From contig QNFP01000001.1 of the NCBI GenBank assembly GCA_003645535.1, forward strand, positions 1 through 54,882: a stretch of DNA of 54,882 bases. The letters run 5' to 3'. The DNA comes from Gammaproteobacteria bacterium. Lineage in GTDB: Bacteria; Pseudomonadota; Gammaproteobacteria; Pseudomonadales; Porticoccaceae. The position numbers and the translations under genes were made by a program. Positions 20,540 through 30,073 of the stretch are shown here, piece by piece (the first letter of the stretch is position 1; each line of letters opens with the position of its first letter). A model generated the notes under the pieces. It had not been told where the DNA came from. It saw nothing but the letters and a program-made list of their open reading frames with translations, and made no database searches.

Positions 20540-20614
20540 TGCCTGGGACTAATACCAGGGGACTAACACCAGGGGGCTAGTGCCTGGGACTAATACCAGG
20601 GGACTAATACCAGG
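20536..20614. repeat. 41-bp tandem duplication (about 1.9 copies, 1 mismatch) built from four 14-nt sub-repeats GGACTAAYACCAGG
   Basis: Unit 1 is 20536-20576 and unit 2 is 20577-20614. Sub-repeats are at 20546, 20560, 20587 and 20601. It starts on the thiolase stop codon. Confidence 0.9.
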
Positions 20615-20650
20615 ATAATAGCTTGTCCTGCAAAACTTGTAGAAGAGAAA

Positions 20651-20672
20651 GCCCGGTTTTCCGGGCTTTTTT
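20651..20672. terminator. Bidirectional rho-independent terminator between the thiolase gene and rho
   Basis: GCCCGG-TTTT-CCGGGC followed by TTTTTT on the plus strand. On the minus strand the same hairpin is followed by TTTCTCTTCT. Confidence 0.75.
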
Positions 20673-20728
20673 GTCACTGGCTTTTTTAGTCATTAAGGGT
20701 TCAAGGCTTAGAGAACCTCTGATTTATT

Positions 20729-21988
20729 CTACTTGCGTTTCATTGCCCCGAAAAAGTCTTCGTTGCTATCGAAACTTTTGAGTTTATCGATTAAAAATTC
20801 GGTAGCTGACAGATCTTCCATGTCATGAAGGAGTTTGCGTAATATCCACACGCGCTGTAATTCCGCCTCCTCCATAAGCAAATCTTCACGGCGGGTACCC
20901 GAGCGGCGAATATTGATCGCGGGGTAAATACGTTTCTCGGCAATTTTCCGGTCCAGATGTAACTCCATATTGCCGGTGCCTTTGAACTCCTCGTAAATCA
21001 CCTCATCCATTTTTGATCCAGTATCGACCAGCGTCGTGGCAATAATAGTCAGACTGCCGCCAAATTCGATATTTCTTGCCGCACCAAAAAAGCGTTTGGG
21101 TTTTTCAAGTGCATGGGCATCTACGCCGCCGGTTAATACTTTTCCGGAGGATGGAATTACGGTGTTATAAGCCCGCGCCAGGCGCGTAATAGAGTCAAGC
21201 AGAATCACCACGTCCTTTTTATGTTCGACCAGGCGTTTAGCCTTTTCGATGACCATATCAGCGACCTGTACATGGCGAGCGGGCGGTTCGTCAAAAGTTG
21301 ATGCAACGACTTCGCCGCGCACGGTGCGCTGCATTTCGGTGACTTCCTCAGGACGCTCATCAATAAGCAACACAATCATTATTGTTTCAGGATTATTACG
21401 GGTAATAGCCTGGGCAATATGCTGCATCATAATGGTTTTGCCCGCTTTGGGGGGCGCCACAATTAAACCTCGCTGGCCTTTACCAATAGGGGCTACCAGA
21501 TCAATGATTCGGCCTGTCAGATCTTCTGAACTGCCGTTACCGGTCTCAAGAACGAAACGCTCATCTGGAAATAACGGCGTCAGGTTTTCGAAAAGAATCT
21601 TGTTACGCGCGTTTTCAGGCTTGTCGAGATTGATAGTGTTTACTTTTAACAGGGCAAAATAACGCTCACCATCCTTGGGAGGGCGGATTTTGCCTTCTAT
21701 GCTATCGCCTGTTCTTAAGTTAAATCGACGGATTTGACTCGGTGACACATAGATATCGTCCGGACCGGCAAGATAACTAGAGTCCGCCGAGCGCAAAAAA
21801 CCAAAGCCGTCGGGCAGGATTTCGAGAACTCCATCGCCGTAAATATCTTCACCGCTTTTAGCGTGTCGTTTTAAGATATTAAAAATAATGTCTTGCTTGC
21901 GAGAGCGCCCCAGATTTTCCAGGCCGGTTTCAGCGCCAATAGCAATAAGTTCGTCAATACGCTTGGTTTTCAGATCAGTTAGATTCAT
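20729..21988 (-). CDS. rho: Transcription termination factor Rho
   Basis: [15 protein letters not shown]..., GFGFLR RNA-binding motif, Walker A PPKAGKT, 419 aa. Confidence 0.98.
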   Translation of the reverse strand: MNLTDLKTKRIDELIAIGAETGLENLGRSRKQDIIFNILKRHAKSGEDIYGDGVLEILPDGFGFLRSADSSYLAGPDDIYVSPSQIRRFNLRTGDSIEGKIRPPKDGERYFALLKVNTINLDKPENARNKILFENLTPLFPDERFVLETGNGSSEDLTGRIIDLVAPIGKGQRGLIVAPPKAGKTIMMQHIAQAITRNNPETIMIVLLIDERPEEVTEMQRTVRGEVVASTFDEPPARHVQVADMVIEKAKRLVEHKKDVVILLDSITRLARAYNTVIPSSGKVLTGGVDAHALEKPKRFFGAARNIEFGGSLTIIATTLVDTGSKMDEVIYEEFKGTGNMELHLDRKIAEKRIYPAINIRRSGTRREDLLMEEAELQRVWILRKLLHDMEDLSATEFLIDKLKSFDSNEDFFGAMKRK

Positions 21989-22236
21989 AAGTGTTGTTAT
22001 GCAGGTGTGTAGTAATAATTTTTTGTGGTTGGAAAGACCGGCGGGATATTGATTAATATAATGCTACATCCGCTTCAGCAACAAGCAACTGGTGCAGGTT
22101 CTTATATGCCACTCAGGTGGCCGGTCAGAAGTTTTGGCTTACGATATTCGGGAAGATTTGACGCTGTTTCGGCGAGTATAGCGCTTGCTGATGAAATAAC
22201 AACTGGTTTTACAGACAGAGAGGACTGGACAAATGA
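21989..22236 (-). promoter_or_regulatory. rho 5' leader (trxA-rho intergenic region)
   Basis: A 248-nt untranslated gap upstream of rho. Long rho leaders subject to Rho-dependent autoattenuation are established in enterobacteria. No specific element was identified here. Confidence 0.4.
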
Positions 22237-22563
22237 CTATAGGCCACTTTCTATAAACTCTGTTAACTGGGCCTTCGATAGCGCCCCTACTTTAGTATCT
22301 TGCAAGGCACCTTCCTTAAATAGCATTAGCGTGGGGATGCCACGGACATTGAATTTGGCGGCGACATCGCGATTAACATCTACATCTAACTTGCAGATCT
22401 TTAATTTGCCATCATAAGTATCGGCAATCTCATCCAGAATCGGCGCAATCATCTTGCATGGCCCACACCATTCCGCCCAAAAGTCAACCAGTACTGCGGT
22501 ATCAGCACCGAGCACATCATTATCGAAATCGGCGTCGCTAGTGTGCACGATTTTATCACCCAT
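22237..22563 (-). CDS. trxA: Thioredoxin
   Basis: 108 aa from ATG 22563 (AGGAGA SD): [19 protein letters not shown]...[16 protein letters not shown]. The first 25 residues of the track ORF are spurious. Confidence 0.97.
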   Translation of the reverse strand: MGDKIVHTSDADFDNDVLGADTAVLVDFWAEWCGPCKMIAPILDEIADTYDGKLKICKLDVDVNRDVAAKFNVRGIPTLMLFKEGALQDTKVGALSKAQLTEFIESGL

Positions 22564-22654
22564 AGGGTTCTCTCCTGATTGTTTGTCTATCGCAAGTCGA
22601 TTTGGCGAATGATAACATCCACATCTGCCAGTAAACAAACGTCGCTAAAATCAG

Positions 22655-24169
22655 GTGCTAAGCAAAACAATAACGTCCTCCCCAGGTACGGATAATTTCA
22701 GTGTCGCAGCGGTCGACCTGGGCTCCAATAGCTTTCATATGCTGGTCACCAGAGTTAACCAGGGCGAACTGCGCCCTGTCGAAGCCCTGGGCGAGCACGT
22801 ACAGTTAGCCGCCGGCCTACACAAAGGGCGTTTGACGGCAGAGTCAATGACCAGGGGCCTGCATTGCCTGACTCAATTTAGCCAGGCCCTCGCGGTGCTC
22901 AAGCCAGACGCGGTCCGCGTCGTGGCCACTAACACCTTACGCGCAGCAAAAAATGCTGCTGAGTTTACCGCCAGGGCATCCACCACTCTTGGCTATCCAG
23001 TCGAAGTTATCTCCGGCCGTGAAGAAGCACGACTGATTTATCTTGGCGTCGCGCACACACTGGCTGATGATGATCGGGCGCGGTTGATGATCGATATCGG
23101 CGGCGGCAGTACCGAAGTGGTTATCGGAAAACGCTTCAAGGCACGACTCACCGAAAGTTTACATATGGGCTGTGTTTCCTGGCGAGAACAATTTTTCCCC
23201 AACGGGCATATAAAGCGAAAAGCTTTTGAGCGCGCATATCAAGCCGCCTACCTGGAGGTACTAAATATTCGCAAGGCTTATCGGCGCAGGGGCTGGGACA
23301 ACGTCGTTGGTTCCTCCGGCACACTCAACGCGATCGCTGACGTGCTGACTGCTCAGTCAGGGGAAAAGCGGGAGATTACTCGCGCCGATCTGGAACAACT
23401 CAAAGTTCGTGTTCTGGGGTTTAACAATGTCGACGAGCTTGCCACGATCAAGGGGCTAAAAGAACGTCGCCGTAGTGTTTTTCCTGGTGGCCTTGCCATT
23501 TGCTGTGCGCTTTTTGACGCCCTGGAAATCGATCTAATGATCACCTCGCGCGGTGCCTTACGCGAAGGTGTTGCCTACGAGTTGCTCGGTCGCTTAGCTC
23601 ATGAAGATGTCCGAGAGCGAACAGTGAACGCGATGATGGAACGTTCACATGTCGATATCGATAACGCAGAAAGAGTGGAGGAAGTGGCTGCCCATCTGTT
23701 TAAAGAAATCCAGAAATCATGGCAGTTAAGCGATGCCGATGGAGACTTATTAAGCTGGGCTGCGCGACTGCACGAAATTGGCCTGTCTATAGCCCACAGT
23801 CAGTTCCATAAACATGGCCAGTACCTGATCAATAATGCTGACCTGCCCGGCTTTTCGTTGATTGAGCAGCAAGCATTAGGCATTCTCGTTCGCGGTCACC
23901 GGCGTAAGTTTCCAGTGAGTGTTTTTAACGGCCTTCCACCAGGCGAACGGTTACGGCTGGAGCGGCTTTGCGTGTTACTACGTCTGGCGGTTCTATTTAA
24001 ATACGTGGAGTCGGCAGAAGGTATGCCTCGGTTCAATATGAAGGCCCGAAGCTACCGCTGTGATCTGGATTTTCCTGCCCAATGGCTGTCACGCCACCCA
24101 CTGACTGAAGCTCAATTACGAATAGAACAGAATTACTTACGTAAAGCCAACTATCAATTACAATTCTAG
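22655..24169 (+). CDS. ppx: Exopolyphosphatase / guanosine pentaphosphate phosphohydrolase (Ppx/GppA family)
   Basis: AAVDLGSNSFHMLV, DIGGGSTE, and a C-terminal HD-like region (LHEIGLSIAHSQFHKHG). Adjacent to trxA-rho as in Pseudomonas and E. coli. Confidence 0.9.
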   Translation: MLSKTITSSPGTDNFSVAAVDLGSNSFHMLVTRVNQGELRPVEALGEHVQLAAGLHKGRLTAESMTRGLHCLTQFSQALAVLKPDAVRVVATNTLRAAKNAAEFTARASTTLGYPVEVISGREEARLIYLGVAHTLADDDRARLMIDIGGGSTEVVIGKRFKARLTESLHMGCVSWREQFFPNGHIKRKAFERAYQAAYLEVLNIRKAYRRRGWDNVVGSSGTLNAIADVLTAQSGEKREITRADLEQLKVRVLGFNNVDELATIKGLKERRRSVFPGGLAICCALFDALEIDLMITSRGALREGVAYELLGRLAHEDVRERTVNAMMERSHVDIDNAERVEEVAAHLFKEIQKSWQLSDADGDLLSWAARLHEIGLSIAHSQFHKHGQYLINNADLPGFSLIEQQALGILVRGHRRKFPVSVFNGLPPGERLRLERLCVLLRLAVLFKYVESAEGMPRFNMKARSYRCDLDFPAQWLSRHPLTEAQLRIEQNYLRKANYQLQF

Positions 24170-24372
24170 CCCGCTGGCCTGGCCGACGACCATCCGCTGC
24201 AGGGGTTTTCGTTACTTTCCCTCGACAAACAGCAACCCATGACAAACAACAGCAACCACAAGCCTTCCAGCAGTGAATATATGCAGTGGATGCAATTGAA
24301 TCTTAGTCAGCCTTTGATGTCATTATACTAGCGTGCTAAAAGTACAATATTAATAATCAGAGGCGAAATATT

Positions 24373-26541
24373 TTGTTCAAAAGGGTGTTGCTACTCGCAA
24401 TAATTGTAACGGGGATAGCCTGCTATTTTCTATTTGATTTGCAACGCGTTGCGAGTGTCGACTTTTTCCAGAATCTCTATCAGCAACAACCACTTTTAAC
24501 CGCAGGCATTTACTTCCTGGTTTATGTATTGGCAACGGCGTTATCGTTACCTGTTGGTGCTTTGTTGAGTCTAGCTGGGGGCGCTGTATTCGGACTCACT
24601 GCGGGTGTAGTGCTAGTCTCGTTCGCCAGCACCATTGGCGCGACGCTGGCCTTTCTGATCTCACGTACGTTGTTGCGAGAATGGGTGCAGGAAAAGTTTG
24701 CACATCATATGCAGGCTATTAATCGAGGCATTGAAAAGGATGGCGCTTTCTACCTGTTTTCATTGCGTTTGATACCAATATTCCCCTTCTGGCTAATTAA
24801 TCTATCAATGGGTTTGACATCACTGCGCGTGCCCACTTATTTCTGGATCAGCCAGCTAGGTATGCTACCGGCCACTCTTGTGTACGTGAATGCCGGCGCT
24901 GAACTGGCGGCTATAACAGAATTATCTCCAGCCGGCATATTGACGCCGGGCTTACTATTATCATTCATACTGCTGGCTAGTTTGCCATTTTTTGCCAAAG
25001 CTGTAGTTGGCCTTAGTAAGCGATGGCAAGTTTATCGGCCCTATCAAAAGCCACAACAATTTGATGCAAACTTGCTGGTCATTGGTGGCGGTAGTGCTGG
25101 CCTGGTGACCGCACTAATCGGTGCCGCCGTAAAGGCCAAAGTAATACTCGTTGAAAAAGGCAAAATGGGTGGCGACTGCCTCAACACCGGCTGCGTGCCC
25201 AGTAAAGCGTTAATAAAAGCGGCTCGCTCGGTTGCTGACATTCGCAAGGCCCATGAACTGGGCATTGACGTTGATGAGCCGCACGTCGACTTCCCTCGTG
25301 TAATGAGCAGAGTTCAGCAAGTTGTAGACACTATCGCGCCCCACGATTCGGTCGAGCGGTTTACCGATCTGGGCGTCGAATGCCTTGCTGGTGAAGCAAG
25401 GCTATTATCACCCTGGCAGGTGCAGATCGGTGAGCGCACAATTAGCGCCAAAAATATCGTCATCGCCAGTGGTGCAGAGCCTTTTGTGCCACCCATACCC
25501 GGCATTAACGAAGTGGATTACCTTACATCAGACAATTTATGGGAGCTGCGCGACCAACCCTCGTCATTGTTGATACTGGGCGCTGGGCCTATCGGTTGTG
25601 AGCTGGCACAGGCATTTCAGCGCCTGGGCACACAGGTTACATTGGTGGATATGATGTCGAATATATTACCCCGTGAAGACACCGACGTTGCTGACCTGGT
25701 ACGTCAGCGCCTCGAGCAGGAAGGTGTGGAGATATTGCTTAACCACAAAACCGTAGGGTTTGAGCAGCAACACGGTACCGACATCGCATTGCTCGAAGCT
25801 CTAGCTGACAGCAGCGCAGACGAAAGTCTCGCCGGCGGGCAACATAAAGCACAACGCAAGTTGGCCTTTAACAAACTATTAGTTGCCGTAGGTCGTAAAG
25901 CGAAAACAGACGGGCTGGGGCTGCAAGCTCTGGGTATAGAAATAACAGCTCAGGGTACTTTAGCGGTCGACAAGCATTTACGTACCCGCTTCGCCAATAT
26001 TTATGCTTGCGGCGATGTCACCGGGCCTTATCAGTTCACCCATACCGCCGCCCATCAGGCCTGGTATGCCGCAGTTAACGCTTTGTTCGGTAGCTTCAAA
26101 AAGTTTGCCGTCGATTACCGTGTGATTCCCTGGACCACATTTACCGACCCGGAAATAGCTCGTGTCGGCATCAGTGAAGCGGATGCCAAAGAACAGGGCA
26201 TTGCTTACGAGGTGGTTCGTTATCCATTAAGTGAGCTGGATCGAGCCATCGCCGATAATACAACCGAGGGTTTTGTTAAAGTGTTAACGGCACCCGGCAA
26301 AGACCGGATACTGGGTGCCACCATTGTCGGGTCCCATGCCGGCGAACTACTCACTGAATTTGTCACCGCCATGAAACGGAATATGGGTCTGAACAAAATA
26401 CTCGGTACTATTCACGCCTATCCGACGCTTAGCGAAGCCAATAAAATGGCGGCCGGTATCTGGAAACGCGGTCATGCACCCAAAAAACTACTAACTTATG
26501 TCGAAAAATACCACTACTGGAGATTAAGGAGAAAAAGTTAA
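24373..26541 (+). CDS. Fusion protein: N-terminal DedA/TVP38-TMEM64 membrane domain plus C-terminal class I pyridine-nucleotide-disulfide oxidoreductase
   Basis: Residues 1 to about 215 are polytopic membrane sequence (...FSLRLIPIFPFWLINL...). From about residue 230: LLVIGGGSAGL FAD fold, redox-active GGDCLNTGCVPSK (Cys269/Cys274, nt 25177-25194), an LILGAGPIGCE NAD(P)H fold, and HAYPTLSEA at the dimer interface. TTG start. Confidence 0.85.
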   Translation: MFKRVLLLAIIVTGIACYFLFDLQRVASVDFFQNLYQQQPLLTAGIYFLVYVLATALSLPVGALLSLAGGAVFGLTAGVVLVSFASTIGATLAFLISRTLLREWVQEKFAHHMQAINRGIEKDGAFYLFSLRLIPIFPFWLINLSMGLTSLRVPTYFWISQLGMLPATLVYVNAGAELAAITELSPAGILTPGLLLSFILLASLPFFAKAVVGLSKRWQVYRPYQKPQQFDANLLVIGGGSAGLVTALIGAAVKAKVILVEKGKMGGDCLNTGCVPSKALIKAARSVADIRKAHELGIDVDEPHVDFPRVMSRVQQVVDTIAPHDSVERFTDLGVECLAGEARLLSPWQVQIGERTISAKNIVIASGAEPFVPPIPGINEVDYLTSDNLWELRDQPSSLLILGAGPIGCELAQAFQRLGTQVTLVDMMSNILPREDTDVADLVRQRLEQEGVEILLNHKTVGFEQQHGTDIALLEALADSSADESLAGGQHKAQRKLAFNKLLVAVGRKAKTDGLGLQALGIEITAQGTLAVDKHLRTRFANIYACGDVTGPYQFTHTAAHQAWYAAVNALFGSFKKFAVDYRVIPWTTFTDPEIARVGISEADAKEQGIAYEVVRYPLSELDRAIADNTTEGFVKVLTAPGKDRILGATIVGSHAGELLTEFVTAMKRNMGLNKILGTIHAYPTLSEANKMAAGIWKRGHAPKKLLTYVEKYHYWRLRRKS

Positions 26542-26542
26542 C

Positions 26543-27670
26543 ATGGAGAAATCAAACGTATACGAAAATGTACAGGATCGCTACAGCCAGGGCGCACAAC
26601 AACGGCAGGAAGCCCTGTGTTGCCCCGTTGATTACGACCAGTCGCTATTGACCGCCCTGCCCCAGGAAATCATCGACAAGGACTATGGCTGCGGTGATCC
26701 TTCACGTTATGTGCGCGAAGGTGATCACGTACTCGATCTGGGTAGCGGGGGTGGAAAAATATGCTATATGGCCGCGCAACTGGTTGGCGATCAGGGCCAT
26801 GTGACCGGTGTAGACATGACTGATGAGATGTTGACCCTGTCACGGAAATATAAGCCGGAAATGGCAGCAGCACTGGGTAGTGATCGAGTCACTTTCCATA
26901 AGGGCTATATACAGGATCTGGCTCTGGATGTTGGTGCTACCGAGCAATACCTGGCAGAGCAGCCGATCAAAAATGCGGCAGATTTGCAGGCCCTTTTAAG
27001 GTGGCAATCTGAACAGCGTTGCAACGAACCGCTTATTCGTGACAACTCAATCAGTCTTGTGATCAGCAACTGTGTACTCAACCTGGTGGCCGAAACTGAT
27101 CGCAAACAGATGATCAGTGAAATCTATCGTGTACTGGCACCCGGTGGGCGGGTGGCAATATCGGATATTGTCGCCGATGAACGGGTGCCCGGTGAGTTAA
27201 AAGATGATCCCGAGTTGTGGAGTGGCTGTATTTCCGGTGCGTTTCAGGAAGCGGATTTTCTCAATGCCTTTGTCGACGCGGGATTTGTGGCCGTAGCTTA
27301 TGACAAATGGGACAGCGCCCCCTGGCAGGTTGTAGATGGTATTGAGTTTCGCTCAGTGACACTCACTGCAATGAAGCCCGTTGGTGATGATGACTACGAC
27401 GGAGGGCATGCCCTGCTTTATAAAGGCCCCTACGTACAGGTAAAGGATGATGGAGGTAATGTTTATTACCGCGGTGAACGCATGGCGGTATCAAAACACA
27501 CTTACGATGCACAGTTAGGTGGTGCGTACAACGATGACTTTATTGGCTTTGAGCCTGCGCAACCATTGAATAACGGGCCGTTCCGGTCGCCGGAAGGCAC
27601 ACGTCGAGCAGCTTCCGTTACCAAAGGCGGTATACACAACGCAAGCACCCAAAAAAATAGCTGTTGTTAA
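26543..27670 (+). CDS. ArsM-like SAM-dependent methyltransferase (arsenite/metalloid methyltransferase family)
   Basis: CC pair (Cys26/27), YGCGDP, motif I VLDLGSGGG, ISNCVLNL, WSGCISGA. This places the four conserved ArsM-type cysteine contexts in the expected order. The protein ends ...KNSCC. The ATG lies 1 nt after the upstream stop. Confidence 0.75.
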   Translation: MEKSNVYENVQDRYSQGAQQRQEALCCPVDYDQSLLTALPQEIIDKDYGCGDPSRYVREGDHVLDLGSGGGKICYMAAQLVGDQGHVTGVDMTDEMLTLSRKYKPEMAAALGSDRVTFHKGYIQDLALDVGATEQYLAEQPIKNAADLQALLRWQSEQRCNEPLIRDNSISLVISNCVLNLVAETDRKQMISEIYRVLAPGGRVAISDIVADERVPGELKDDPELWSGCISGAFQEADFLNAFVDAGFVAVAYDKWDSAPWQVVDGIEFRSVTLTAMKPVGDDDYDGGHALLYKGPYVQVKDDGGNVYYRGERMAVSKHTYDAQLGGAYNDDFIGFEPAQPLNNGPFRSPEGTRRAASVTKGGIHNASTQKNSCC

Positions 27671-27771
27671 GGCATTTTCTTTGTGGTCTGAGCCACACTT
27701 GCGGCAAATACTGTGCGCTCTGAAGCAATGGCTTTAGCCGCGAAGTCGGTCAAGGCAAGAAGTATTAGCAG

Positions 27772-28938
27772 TTAAAACCGGGCTAGTATGGAGTCTAGAA
27801 ACTGGTGTCCCTGCAGTGTGGTCACTAATGCTTTGGTTGGAGCGTGGACGAGACCCTCACGTTCCAGGTTCGCCCATAATCCGCTTATATATTCAAAATC
27901 CAGACCGGTGCGCTGCTCAAAATAGTCTTTTGGTACACCCTGGTTGAGTCGCAACACATTCATAAAAAACTCCACCGGCAACTCTGTATTACCTAAGGTG
28001 CGTGTATTTGCCAGGTATTTGTTCGCCAGGTGCGAGTTTGTCGAAAAATCATCTTGTCTGTCCAGGTAATCCGAGGGCAAACGGGTTTTCTGGCTGCGAA
28101 TAATCCCTTGCATTTCCGCTACTGTAATTTTCCCATGGGCACCAGCACCAATACCCAGGTAGTCACCAAATTGCCAATAGTTATTATTATGGACAGCCTG
28201 CCGACTGGCCTGAGCAAAAGCAGATACTTCATATTGCTCAAAACTCGCAGCCTGTAAAGTCGCGAGCCCGCCGTCCTGAATAGCTTCCAGCCTGGGTTCA
28301 TCCGGCAGGGTCGGTGGTTTCGAATAGAACACAGTATTGGGTTCGATGGTTAATTGATACCAAGATATATGTTCCGGTTCGAGCTCAATTGCCTGCTCGA
28401 TATCGGCGCGGGCCTGAGCCGGGTTTTGATCTGGCAAGCCATGCATTAAATCGAGATTGATATTATCGAAGCCCGCTTGTCTTGCGGTCTCAACTGCCTG
28501 AATAGCTTCGCTACGGCCGTGGATTCGGCCCAGGGCTTTTAGGTGTTGATCATTAAAACTCTGGATGCCTATAGATAAGCGGTTGACCCCGGCATGTTTG
28601 TAGCCGGTAAACTTTTCCTGCTCAAAGGTGCCGGGGTTGGCTTCGAGTGTAATTTCGGCACCGTCAGCAATGCCAATTATTTTTTGTGCTGCATCAATAA
28701 TAGCTTCGATAGATGCTGCCGAGAACAGGCTGGGAGTGCCGCCGCCAAAAAAGATAGAAACCAGTTCACGACCCTGCGCAAGTTCAGCATCAAATTCTAA
28801 ATCTTTTATCAAAGTCTCAACGTACTCAACTTCTGGTAAGCCACCGTTATCCGCGTGCGAGTTAAAATCACAATAGGGGCATTTTTTTACGCACCAGGGA
28901 ATGTGCACATACAATGATAGAGGCGGCAGCTCTAGCAC
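27772..28938 (-). CDS. hemW: Radical SAM heme chaperone HemW (YggW)
   Basis: LSLYVHIPWCVKKCPYCDF radical-SAM CxxxCxxC motif. About 388 aa. Position next to rdgB. GTG start. Confidence 0.9.
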   Translation of the reverse strand: MLELPPLSLYVHIPWCVKKCPYCDFNSHADNGGLPEVEYVETLIKDLEFDAELAQGRELVSIFFGGGTPSLFSAASIEAIIDAAQKIIGIADGAEITLEANPGTFEQEKFTGYKHAGVNRLSIGIQSFNDQHLKALGRIHGRSEAIQAVETARQAGFDNINLDLMHGLPDQNPAQARADIEQAIELEPEHISWYQLTIEPNTVFYSKPPTLPDEPRLEAIQDGGLATLQAASFEQYEVSAFAQASRQAVHNNNYWQFGDYLGIGAGAHGKITVAEMQGIIRSQKTRLPSDYLDRQDDFSTNSHLANKYLANTRTLGNTELPVEFFMNVLRLNQGVPKDYFEQRTGLDFEYISGLWANLEREGLVHAPTKALVTTLQGHQFLDSILARF

Positions 28939-28958
28939 GGTGATGGCTTCAAAAAATA

Positions 28959-29552
28959 TCAGCCACGCAGATGATCTAGCAGGCAGACCATAGCTTTACT
29001 GCGGTGGCTGAGAATATTTTTTTCAGCACCACTCAGTTGTGCTGAACTGCAATCACGTTCGGGAACGAAAAAAACTGGATCGTAGCCAAAACCATTATTA
29101 CCCTGTGGCTGGGCCAGGATGCGCCCTTCCCAGGTGCCCTGACAGATATGTGGTGTAGCATCCTGAGGATGTCGCAGGTAGACCAGTAAACATTGAAAGC
29201 GAGCTGTGCGTTGAGCGGAAGGAACGTCGCGCAACAAGCCAAGAAGTTTGGCGTTATTTTTCCGATCGTTACCCTGTTCTCCTGCAAAACGTGATGAATA
29301 GATGCCTGGCGCACCGTCAAGGAAGTCCACCTCCAGGCCCGAATCATCGGCAATAGCAGGTAATTGTGCACACAGACTGGCGTGACGAGCTTTGATAATG
29401 GCATTTTCAACAAAACTGAGGCCAGTCTCTTCTACTTCGGGAACATTGAATTCCTTCTGAGGGATGACATTGATCGAGGCTTTTGACAGGAGTTGCTGGA
29501 ATTCTTTGACCTTGCCAGGATTATTGCTTGCCAGTACAACCTTTGCGGTCAT
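28959..29552 (-). CDS. rdgB: XTP/dITP diphosphatase (non-canonical purine NTP pyrophosphatase)
   Basis: From ATG 29552: MTAKVVLASNNPGKVKEF..., ADDSGLEVD, FGYDPVF, SHR. The TTG at 29561 in the track is less likely. Confidence 0.92.
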   Translation of the reverse strand: MTAKVVLASNNPGKVKEFQQLLSKASINVIPQKEFNVPEVEETGLSFVENAIIKARHASLCAQLPAIADDSGLEVDFLDGAPGIYSSRFAGEQGNDRKNNAKLLGLLRDVPSAQRTARFQCLLVYLRHPQDATPHICQGTWEGRILAQPQGNNGFGYDPVFFVPERDCSSAQLSGAEKNILSHRSKAMVCLLDHLRG

Positions 29553-29584
29553 ATCAGGCAACTACATCGCGCACAAAATGAGTT

Positions 29585-30034
29585 TTACTTATCATGGTAA
29601 AAAGTGCGTTGGAATGATATATGCCCAGCCGGTTTGTCAGGGTCAGGCTGTACGGTGATTTTAAACGTCAGCGGATCTTCGTTTTCAAATCGAAAAAGCG
29701 CCAGATAATATATGGCGCCGCCTTCATTGATTTCAAAAAAATCCAGCTTTTTCTGTTGGGCGAAAATGTTGGCGACATGTCCGGTTACCAGAGCAGACTT
29801 ACCACCAGAACTGGCGGTAGCACCCGCTGGAATGACGGCGATATTAACCAGGCCTTTGTCCTTGCCGCGAATAATACTGTAGGTAGCAGCCACCTCGGGG
29901 CTGATAAAGCTGCTGTTAAACGCGCTATAAAGTACTTTGTAATCTTCGAAAGTTTTATATGTCTCTGCTGCATTGGCAGTTGAGAAGACAATTGTGGTGG
30001 AAAATAACGCAAAAATGAGCAGTGCTTGTTTCAT
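29585..30034 (-). CDS. Secreted DUF4426-like protein
   Basis: Signal peptide MKQALLIFALFSTTIVFSTANA. It occupies the slot between metW and rdgB, as in pseudomonads. The family name is recalled from that synteny, not from a search. Confidence 0.6.
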   Translation of the reverse strand: MKQALLIFALFSTTIVFSTANAAETYKTFEDYKVLYSAFNSSFISPEVAATYSIIRGKDKGLVNIAVIPAGATASSGGKSALVTGHVANIFAQQKKLDFFEINEGGAIYYLALFRFENEDPLTFKITVQPDPDKPAGHISFQRTFYHDK

Positions 30035-30073
30035 GGCCCCGTCTCCAGTTAGTTTATGAGACTCCGCTATCGT

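Noticed and set aside
24239-24331. 30-codon ORF (MTNNSNHKPSSSEYMQWMQLNLSQPLMSLY) and the ACAAACAGCAACC direct repeat in the ppx / DedA-fusion intergenic region.
   Set aside because: There is no SD or conserved-looking features. It was most likely found by chance in a 200-nt promoter region. The repeat is short and imperfect.
24373-26541. Calling the reductase fusion a mercuric reductase (MerA).
   Set aside because: It has the CxxxxC disulfide-reductase core but no NmerA (GMTCxxC) domain and no C-terminal Cys-Cys. No merR, merT or merP genes are nearby. Only the generic flavoprotein disulfide reductase call is supportable.
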